Shown here: positions 13,707 to 20,404 of the stretch, piece after piece
Position numbering within the stretch: position 1 is the first letter of the stretch
How the letters are laid out: every line of letters starts with the position of its first letter
From: Clostridiales bacterium
Lineage (GTDB): Bacteria; Bacillota; Clostridia; Christensenellales; Pumilibacteraceae
DNA length: 24,000 nt
NCBI GenBank assembly: GCA_015055625.1
Contig: SVHU01000006.1
Coordinates: 32,325 to 56,324 of the forward strand
Direction of reading: 5' to 3'
Translations under genes and position numbers: made by a program
The notes under the pieces: generated by a model
What the model was told of the DNA's origin: nothing
Databases searched by the model: none
Seen by the model: only the letters and a program-made list of their open reading frames with translations

Positions 13707-16004
13707 TTATAACTTATTTCTCATAATCTTTCCGCTGGTGGTCTTGGGAAGTTCGTCGCGGAACACAACCACTCTGGGATATTTGTAAGGTGCGGTACGT
13801 TTCTTAACGTATTCCTGTACCTCTTTTTTGAGCGCTTCGGTAGGCTCTGTACCCTTAACAAGCACGATGCTTGCTTTTACAATCTGGCCTCTTACCTCGT
13901 CGGGCATTGCGGAAACTCCACACTCCAAAACGTAGGGAAGTTCCATAATAACGTTTTCGATTTCGAATGGTCCAATGCGGTATCCTGACGATTTTATGAC
14001 GTCGTCAACACGACCTACGTACCAATAATATCCGTCCTCGTCGCGCCAAGCGGTGTCGCCTGTGTGGTATAAGCCGTTACGTCTGACCTCGCTAGTCTTT
14101 TCCTCGTCCTCAAAGTAGCCGAGCGTAAGTCCGCAAGGGTTGCCTTTGCTTATATCAATAACAATTTCACCTACTTCGCCGACTGCAACGGGTTTGTCAT
14201 CACTGTTTACAAGCGAAATGTTATAAAGCGGGACGGGTTTACCCATAGAGCCAATCTTGGTTTTTGTTCCAAAAAGGTTAGCAAGCGCAACCGTGGTTTC
14301 GGTTTGACCAAATCCTTCCATAATTTGAAGTCCGGTAGCCTTTTCAAACTGACGGAAAACTTCGGGGTTAAGCGCTTCGCCTGCTGTGGTCATATGTTCT
14401 ATGGAAGATAGGTCAAAGTTGGAAAGGTCTTGTTTTATCATCATACGAAGCATTGTGGGTGGAGCGCAGAAAGTAGTAATATGATGCTTTGCAAACATGG
14501 GCATAATATCGTTTGCGTCAAACCTGTCAAAGTCGTACACGAATATGGGCGCTTCGCAAAGCCACTGACCGTATATCTTACCCCAGGCAGCTTTTGCCCA
14601 ACCTGTGTCGGAAATGGAAAGGTGTAATCCATCGGGGTTTACGCAATGCCAATACTTTGCGGTAACAAAATGTCCAAGAGGATATTTGTAGTTGTGCATA
14701 GCAACCTTGGGATTGCCCGTTGTTCCCGACGTAAAGTACATAAGCATCAAATCGTTGCCACAGGGAGAGTCTTCCGTTCTTTCGAACTTGCTGGAATATA
14801 AAGTATATTCTTCGTCAAAGTTTCTCCAGCCCTTTTTTTCGCCGTTTACGATAATTTTATGTTCAAGACAGGGAGCAAACTCGCTTGCCTTTTCTACCTC
14901 GTCCGAAACGTCGCCGTCCGCTGTACAAAGAATCATTTTTACGCCAGCTTTATTAAGACGGTATGTTATATCATGCTCTTTAAGCTGATTGGTAGCTGGA
15001 ATTGCAATAGCGCCTATCTTGTGAAGAGCGACCATAGCAAACCAGAACTGATAATGGCGCTTTAGGATAAGCATAACCTTGTCGCCCTTTTTTATACCTA
15101 AAGACTTAAAGTAGTTAGCGGTTTTTGCCGACATTTTCTTTATATCGGTAAATGTAAATCTTCTTTCCGTCTTGTCCTTAGCAATATGCAAAAGAGCAAG
15201 CTTGTCGGGATGAGCGGTTGCCATTGCGTCGATTACGTCAAAGCCGAAGTTGAACGTATTTTCGTTTTCAAAAGCGATCTTTTCAAGCTGACCGTTTTCG
15301 TTTTCGGTAGGAATAATAAACTTATTCCAAACGCGCTTAGGCTCGGGCTTTTTGTTTTGCTTTCTAACCGTGATAAATTCTCTTGCTCCGCCGTGAACGA
15401 GCTTAGAGATAGGCTCGGACGCAGGGTTAAGTACGATTGCGTAGAAGATACAGTCTGCTCCGCCTGTTGCAATCATTCCGTGAGGGGTGGAGGAGTCGTA
15501 GTAAATACTATCACCTTCGCCCAAGATTTCAACGTGGTCACCAACTTGCACTTTAAGCGTGCCCTTAACAACGATATCACATTCCTGACCTTCATGGGTA
15601 GTAAGCTCGATGTCCGCGTTTTGCGCGTTTTCGTCATAGTCGGAAATAACGTACAAGGGTTCTGCAATACGATTTTTAAAAGCAGATGCTAAGTTAAAAT
15701 ACGTCATACCGTGCGCTTTCTGAATTTGTTGTCCCTCACCCTTTCTTGTAACGGTATAGCCTGCAAGACGAGGGCCTGTTCCTTCGATAATTTCGGTAAC
15801 GTCTACGTTAAGCGCAAGAGCGCAACGGTACAAAAACGCGAAGTTAAGGTCGGATTTTCCGCTTTCGCAGTCTAGGTATTCCTGTAAAGTTACTCCAGTC
15901 TTTGTCGCCATATCCATTGTCGTAAGACCGATAATTTCACGCAAAGTCTTAATTCTTTGCGCCATTTCCTGAATCTTAAATTCAAGACCTGTTGCTGTTT
16001 GCAT
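13707..16004 (-). CDS. fusion protein: XRE HTH + cupin domain + medium-chain AMP-forming acyl-CoA synthetase (paralogue A)
   Basis: 765 aa from the ATG at 16004 (MQTATGLEF...), with AAGGAGG 6 nt upstream. The track's extra 55 N-terminal codons run through the T-box terminator. It has an HTH (TMDMATKTGVTLQEYLDCESGKSDL) and a cupin (GTLKVQVGDHVEILGEGDSIYYDSSTPHGM). The adenylation motifs are FTSGTTGNPK, SDTGWAKAAW, YHTGD, GRVDDVIKSSGYRIGPFEIE and PKTTSGKIMR. Confidence 0.9.
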   Translation of the reverse strand: MQTATGLEFKIQEMAQRIKTLREIIGLTTMDMATKTGVTLQEYLDCESGKSDLNFAFLYRCALALNVDVTEIIEGTGPRLAGYTVTRKGEGQQIQKAHGMTYFNLASAFKNRIAEPLYVISDYDENAQNADIELTTHEGQECDIVVKGTLKVQVGDHVEILGEGDSIYYDSSTPHGMIATGGADCIFYAIVLNPASEPISKLVHGGAREFITVRKQNKKPEPKRVWNKFIIPTENENGQLEKIAFENENTFNFGFDVIDAMATAHPDKLALLHIAKDKTERRFTFTDIKKMSAKTANYFKSLGIKKGDKVMLILKRHYQFWFAMVALHKIGAIAIPATNQLKEHDITYRLNKAGVKMILCTADGDVSDEVEKASEFAPCLEHKIIVNGEKKGWRNFDEEYTLYSSKFERTEDSPCGNDLMLMYFTSGTTGNPKVAMHNYKYPLGHFVTAKYWHCVNPDGLHLSISDTGWAKAAWGKIYGQWLCEAPIFVYDFDRFDANDIMPMFAKHHITTFCAPPTMLRMMIKQDLSNFDLSSIEHMTTAGEALNPEVFRQFEKATGLQIMEGFGQTETTVALANLFGTKTKIGSMGKPVPLYNISLVNSDDKPVAVGEVGEIVIDISKGNPCGLTLGYFEDEEKTSEVRRNGLYHTGDTAWRDEDGYYWYVGRVDDVIKSSGYRIGPFEIENVIMELPYVLECGVSAMPDEVRGQIVKASIVLVKGTEPTEALKKEVQEYVKKRTAPYKYPRVVVFRDELPKTTSGKIMRNKL

Positions 16005-16030
16005 TAAAAACCTCCTTGGTAGGGCTCTTA

Positions 16031-16308
16031 TATAAAAACTCGCCCCAAACGATAAAATCCTTTGAGACGAGTAAAATTCTTTATACCCGCGGTACCACTC
16101 AAATTGTACGCTTATTTTGCGTACCACTTTCAGGCTCTGACAAGCCGTATGCCTTAACGCAGCAATCACGAGGAAGTTCTACTTAAAAACTCTTTCTTCT
16201 TCCCTGCTCTGAAGTTACATCAAACGCTTTTACGTGGCGGTTTTCACCCTGTTCCGCCTCTCTGTAACGCAATTTTACGCGGTTGAACTCTTCGTCTATG
16301 CATTTGTA
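16031..16308 (-). promoter_or_regulatory. T-box riboswitch leader, putative specifier GUA (Val)
   Basis: On the minus strand I see these elements:
- Stem I with an AGAGAG bulge and a GGGTGAAAA distal loop.
- An F-box-like CGTGATTGCTGCGTTA.
- A stem III hairpin gtacgc...gcgtac.
- The T-box sequence AATTTGAGTGGTACCGCGGG (16086-16105).
- A terminator actcgtctcaaa/tttggggcgagt (16038-16072) followed by TTTTT.
The candidate specifier GUA is at 16216-16218, followed by A and then the CUUC lower stem. Confidence 0.85.
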
Positions 16309-16314
16309 CAAGTG

Positions 16315-16344
16315 ATTATAGCATACTAAGTGAAATCTTGTCAA
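16315..16344 (-). promoter_or_regulatory. promoter of T-box leader A
   Basis: Minus strand TTGACA (16339-16344), 18 nt spacer, TGcTATAAT (-10 at 16315-16320). Confidence 0.7.
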
Positions 16345-16373
16345 TAAAAATTAGAGTTTAATTTAATAATAAA

Positions 16374-18644
16374 TTAAAGTTTATTTCTCTGAATTTTTCC
16401 GCTGATAGTTTTAGGAAGCTCGTCCTTAAACACAATAACTCTTGGGTATTTATAGGGAGCGGTGTGTGATTTTACGTAGTTTTGAATTTCTTTTTTAAGT
16501 TCTTCTGAAGGCTCGGTGCCCTTAGTAAGAACAATACTTGCTTTTACAATCTGTCCACGGATTTCGTCGGGAACGGCGGATACACCGCATTCCACAACGT
16601 ATGGAAGTTCCATAATAACGCTTTCGATTTCGAACGGTCCAATGCGGTAGCCAGAAGACTTGATAACGTCGTCTATACGGCTAACGTACCAAAAATATCC
16701 GTCCTCGTCTTTCCAAGCGGTGTCGCCCGTATGATACATTCCGTCGTACCAAGCATCGTTTGTCTTTTCTTCGTCGAGATAATATTCTCTAAAGAGTCCG
16801 CAAGGAACGTTTTTGTCGGTGTGAACAACAATTTCACCAACTTCACCGGGAGCAACTGATTTGCCTTCGCTGTCCACGATATCAATATCATACTGGGGAG
16901 AAGCTTTACCCATAGATCCAATCTTGGGAGTTGTTCCGTAAAGGTTAGCGATTGTAAGAGTGGTTTCGGTTTGACCAAATCCTTCCATAATTTCAAGCCC
17001 GGTAGCTTGCTTAAACTGTTTGAATACTTCGGGGTTGAGCGCTTCGCCTGCCGTAGTCATGTGGTGGATAGAGGAAAGATCGAACTTGGATAAGTCACCT
17101 CTGATAAGCATACGGAGCATTGTGGGAGGAGCGCAGAATGTGGTGATCTGGTACTTTGCAAACATGGGAAGAATGTCGTTTTCGTCAAACTTGTCAAAGT
17201 CGTATACGAACACCGCGCCCTCGCAAAGCCACTGTCCGTAAAGCTTACCCCACAAAGATTTACCCCAACCGGTATCGGAGATTGTAAGATGTAAGCCGTC
17301 GCGTTCGCAACAATGCCAATATTTAGCGGTTACAAAATGACCTAAAGCGTAGGTGTGCTTGTGCGCAGCCATCTTAGGATTGCCGGTAGTTCCGGACGTG
17401 AAGAACATAAGAGCAATGTCGTCGCCACAAGACGCGTCTTCGGGACGAACGAAACGGCGAGAGAAGAACTTGTATTCTTCGTCAAAGTCGTGCCAGCCCT
17501 CTTTCTTTCCGCCCACCAAAATACGGGTTTGAACGGAAGGACACTTAAGAGAAGCGGAGTATGCGATATCCGCAACGTCGCCGTCAGCGGTACAAACGAT
17601 TGCTTTTACACCAGCCGCGTTGTAGCGGTATTCAAAGTCGTGTTCTTTAAGCTGGTTGGTTGCAGGAATTGCAACAGCGCCAAGCTTGTGAAGAGCTACC
17701 ATAGCAAACCAGAACTGGTAATGACGCTTAAGAACGAGCATAACCTTATCACCGCGCTTGATGCCAAGAGAAGCAAAATAGTTAGCAGTCTGGTTACTTG
17801 CGTCCTTGATATCTTTGAAGGTAAATCTTCTTTCGTTTTTATGCTTGTCAAGATGCAACATTGCAAGTTTATCGGGATACGTACGCGCGATTTGGTCAAC
17901 AATGTCAAAACCGAAGTTGAACGAATCGGTGTTTTCGAACGTGATGCTTTCAAGCTTTCCGTCCTCGCTTTCCACGGGTTTTACAAACTTTTCGCAAATG
18001 AGTTTTTCCTGACTTCTTGCCGTGATGATAGTACGCTGAACGATATCTTCCTTGGTGTCTTCGCCTGCGATAACTACCGCGCAGAAGGTACAGTCCTTAC
18101 CGTCTATTGCAATCATTCCGTGAGGAGTGGATGAGTCGTAGTAAATGCTGTCGCCCTCGTGCAAAATCTCGGTGTGGTTGCCAACCTGAACTTTCAAAGT
18201 TCCGCTAAGAACAAGGTCAAACTCGTGTCCGCTGTGTGTGGTAACGTGAATGGGCTTGTTTTGAAGCGAAGCCGAATATTCGTAGGTTACGTAATAAGGC
18301 TGAGCGAGTTTGTTACGGAACTTAGATGCAAGGTTTTGAATGGTTATACCGTCCTCTTTAGCGGTGGTAAGACCTTGACCTTTTCTAGTTACAGTGTAGT
18401 TAGAAAGGCGTGTTGCTCTACCTTCCAACAACTCTGTCATTTCAATATTGAAAGCAAGCGAACATTTGTGAATGAATGTAAATGGAATGTCCGCAGTTCC
18501 GCTTTCATAAGCGTTATAAAGTTCGGTAGAAACGTCGGTTTTTACAGCCATTTCTTCCTCGGTCCAGCCCATAATTTCACGCATTTCTCTGATACGTGTT
18601 GCGATATCTGATAATCTGCGCATAGAATTGTTTTGGTTGTTCAT
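16374..18644 (-). CDS. fusion protein: XRE HTH + cupin domain + medium-chain AMP-forming acyl-CoA synthetase (paralogue B)
   Basis: 756 aa, same architecture as paralogue A. It has an HTH (EEEMAVKTDVSTELYNAYESGTADI) and a cupin (HSGHEFDLVLSGTLKVQVGNHTEILHEGDSIYYDSSTPHGM). The adenylation motifs are FTSGTTGNPK, SDTGWGKSLW, YHTGD, SRIDDVIKSSGYRIGPFEIE and PKTISGKIQR. AAGGAGAA SD upstream. Confidence 0.9.
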   Translation of the reverse strand: MNNQNNSMRRLSDIATRIREMREIMGWTEEEMAVKTDVSTELYNAYESGTADIPFTFIHKCSLAFNIEMTELLEGRATRLSNYTVTRKGQGLTTAKEDGITIQNLASKFRNKLAQPYYVTYEYSASLQNKPIHVTTHSGHEFDLVLSGTLKVQVGNHTEILHEGDSIYYDSSTPHGMIAIDGKDCTFCAVVIAGEDTKEDIVQRTIITARSQEKLICEKFVKPVESEDGKLESITFENTDSFNFGFDIVDQIARTYPDKLAMLHLDKHKNERRFTFKDIKDASNQTANYFASLGIKRGDKVMLVLKRHYQFWFAMVALHKLGAVAIPATNQLKEHDFEYRYNAAGVKAIVCTADGDVADIAYSASLKCPSVQTRILVGGKKEGWHDFDEEYKFFSRRFVRPEDASCGDDIALMFFTSGTTGNPKMAAHKHTYALGHFVTAKYWHCCERDGLHLTISDTGWGKSLWGKLYGQWLCEGAVFVYDFDKFDENDILPMFAKYQITTFCAPPTMLRMLIRGDLSKFDLSSIHHMTTAGEALNPEVFKQFKQATGLEIMEGFGQTETTLTIANLYGTTPKIGSMGKASPQYDIDIVDSEGKSVAPGEVGEIVVHTDKNVPCGLFREYYLDEEKTNDAWYDGMYHTGDTAWKDEDGYFWYVSRIDDVIKSSGYRIGPFEIESVIMELPYVVECGVSAVPDEIRGQIVKASIVLTKGTEPSEELKKEIQNYVKSHTAPYKYPRVIVFKDELPKTISGKIQRNKL

Positions 18645-18691
18645 ATTACTTTCTCCTTGTAAATAAAAGTTTAGATTTTAGGTCGAGGCAA

Positions 18692-18959
18692 TAAAAAAAT
18701 TCGCCTCAAAAACTTTGAGACGAATTATAAAAATCCGTGGTACCACTCAAATTGCGTAAATTTTTACGCCACTTCAGACTCCAACAAGCCCTATGCACTA
18801 ACGTAGCAATCACGTAAGTCTTTACTTACTTTCGCTTTCAAAACTTCAGCTTGGAAGTGATAAGATATTCGAAGTTTGTTTGTCGGTTTTCACCATGCCC
18901 AACTCTCTGTAAAACTCACATTCGACTCCGTCTTCGTCGTAGCCTTTGATTAAATTGAT
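18692..18959 (-). promoter_or_regulatory. T-box riboswitch leader, putative specifier AUC (Ile)
   Basis: On the minus strand I see these elements:
- An AGAGAG bulge and a GGTGAAAA distal loop.
- An F-box-like CGTGATTGCTACGTTA.
- A stem III hairpin gcgtaaa...tttacgc.
- The T-box sequence AATTTGAGTGGTACCACGG (18735-18753).
- A terminator attcgtctcaaa/tttgaggcgaat (18699-18725) followed by TTTTTTT.
The candidate specifier AUC is at 18859-18861, followed by A and then the CUUC lower stem. Confidence 0.85.
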
Positions 18960-18965
18960 GTAGCA

Positions 18966-18994
18966 ATTATAACACCGCATTTCGCACTTGTCAA
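18966..18994 (-). promoter_or_regulatory. promoter of T-box leader B
   Basis: Minus strand TTGACA (18989-18994), 17 nt spacer, TGtTATAAT (-10 at 18966-18971). Confidence 0.7.
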
Positions 18995-19047
18995 GGATTT
19001 TTTTAAAATTTCCAAAAATTTTTTTCAAACGTAAAATTTCTGATTTT

Positions 19048-19281
19048 CTAATCCTCAAAATCATTAAAATAGTCTTTGTTGAAAAACTCGGACAAAGTAA
19101 TGTTTGCGCCTTGACAAAATGCTTTAATCGTGGAAACTTTAGAACATTTGGTTCTGCCCTTAATCAAATCGTATAAAGCCGATGGGGATTTTCCTCCGTT
19201 TAAGGACGCTCCGCATACGTTTATGTTCTTTTCTTTGCAAATTTCCTCAATTCTTCTGATAATCGCATCATTTATATTCAT
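19048..19281 (-). CDS. small XRE-like HTH DNA-binding protein
   Basis: 77 aa from the ATG at 19281 (MNINDAIIRRIEEICKEK...), with GAAGGTGG SD 7 nt upstream. The track start at 19320 adds 13 unsupported codons. Confidence 0.7.
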   Translation of the reverse strand: MNINDAIIRRIEEICKEKNINVCGASLNGGKSPSALYDLIKGRTKCSKVSTIKAFCQGANITLSEFFNKDYFNDFED

Positions 19282-19294
19282 ACATAACCACCTT

Positions 19295-19368
19295 CGTGGA
19301 ATTCCATACAGGTATTCCACGAAAATAGTATAAGAATTTTAAAAATTATTATCTCGTGGAGTTCCACG
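19295..19368. promoter_or_regulatory. operator candidates built on GTGGAA/TTCCAC half-sites
   Basis: IR1 is cgtggaat-N11-attccacg (19295-19321) and contains tggaattcca. IR2 is cgtgga-gt-tccacg (19355-19368). Both lie in the divergent intergenic region between the XRE-like gene and the SMP-30-family gene. Confidence 0.5.
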
Positions 19369-19396
19369 ATTGTTGACATTGTAGCGTGTTTTTTTG

Positions 19397-19426
19397 TTGA
19401 CAGCGTTTATTGTTTAATGATAAAAT
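19397..19426 (+). promoter_or_regulatory. promoter of the SMP-30/gluconolactonase-family gene
   Basis: TTGACA (19397-19402), 18 nt spacer, TGaTAAAAT (-10 at 19421-19426). Confidence 0.55.
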
Positions 19427-19472
19427 ACAAGAGGAAGTAAAGAGTTTATATAATAAATTAATGGAGATTGTT

Positions 19473-20339
19473 ATGGGCAAATTAGATATTATTAAAATTA
19501 TATCCGAAAAACGTTGTATTATCGGCGAGGGCCCGATTTGGAACGAGTGTGAAAACACGCTGTATTTTACTAACGGAATGGGCGGTGAGATTTGCTCGTA
19601 TAATTTTACTAATGATAAGCTGAGCGTAAGACCGCTTCCGTTTTCGGTTTCGGCGTTTGCTTTTGACAGACAAAACCGTTTGATTGTATCGAATGTAAAT
19701 GGCGTACATTTTCTCAATTCAGATAATACGTTATCGCCTATTTATGACCAAAATACAAAAATAGAGTATGCAAACGATATGAAAGTGGGCCCGGATGGCG
19801 CGATATACGTGGGAACTCAAAGCGGAAAAAGAAAGGGTGTTTCGGATAAGATTGACGGCAAGCTTTATAGAATTGCGCCGAGTGGAGAAGTAGAAATTCT
19901 GCTTGATAATTTAATTTTGTCAAACGGTATGGAGTGGTCGATAGATGAGAAAAAATTCTATCACACCGATAGCGATACGAGAATAATAAAGGAATATGAT
20001 TTCGACAGATCTACCGGGAAAATAAGTTATACAGGCAGAGAGATTTATATAAGGGGAGTGGACGGCTTTACTATTGGTCAAGACAATAATTTATACGTTG
20101 CTTGTTGGGCGCAAGGACATATCGCCGTTATTGATACTCAGACGTTGCAGATTAAAGAGTTTATCGACGTGCCGTGTCGTATTCCTGCAAGCTGTGGCTT
20201 TTGCGGAAAGGATATGGACGTTCTTGCAATAACCACCGCAAGCTATCACGCTGATATGGATAACGATAAAAACGCAGGCTTTACGGTTTTAGCTAAAATG
20301 CAAATAAAGGGAAGGCTTCCTTATATTTTTGCAAAATAA
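19473..20339 (+). CDS. SMP-30/gluconolactonase/LRE-family (six-bladed beta-propeller) protein
   Basis: 288 aa from the ATG at 19473 (MGKLDII...), with GGAGA 5 nt upstream. EGPIWNE, NDMKVGPDG and SNGMEWS motifs are typical of the SGL family. The track start at 19410 is a TTG with no SD. Confidence 0.8.
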   Translation: MGKLDIIKIISEKRCIIGEGPIWNECENTLYFTNGMGGEICSYNFTNDKLSVRPLPFSVSAFAFDRQNRLIVSNVNGVHFLNSDNTLSPIYDQNTKIEYANDMKVGPDGAIYVGTQSGKRKGVSDKIDGKLYRIAPSGEVEILLDNLILSNGMEWSIDEKKFYHTDSDTRIIKEYDFDRSTGKISYTGREIYIRGVDGFTIGQDNNLYVACWAQGHIAVIDTQTLQIKEFIDVPCRIPASCGFCGKDMDVLAITTASYHADMDNDKNAGFTVLAKMQIKGRLPYIFAK

Positions 20340-20363
20340 TCCGTTATATACAGTTTATCAAAA

Positions 20364-20403
20364 CAAAAAATTCGACTTGAATTAAATCAAGCCGAATTTT
20401 TTG
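20364..20403. terminator. bidirectional rho-independent terminator between convergent genes
   Basis: aattcgacttga (20369-20380) / tcaagccgaatt (20387-20398) stem with one mismatch, an A run before and a T run after. Confidence 0.75.
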
Positions 20404-20404
20404 T

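Noticed and set aside
16005-16169. 55-codon N-terminal extension of ACS paralogue A given in the ORF track (start at 16169)
   Set aside because: The extension reads straight through the T-box terminator and T-box sequence and has no SD. The ATG at 16004 has AAGGAGG 6 nt upstream and aligns with the N-terminus of paralogue B.
17355-18134. 259 aa plus-strand ORF (with similar antisense ORFs at 15186-15692, 11057-11701, 10227-10625 and 13219-13788)
   Set aside because: All are antisense to strongly supported minus-strand genes with clear family motifs. They lack SDs and recognisable domains, so they are typical shadow ORFs.
18846-19064. 72 aa minus-strand ORF
   Set aside because: It lies over the promoter and stem I region of T-box leader B, has no SD and no recognisable domain. 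It is best explained as a chance ORF in a structured leader.
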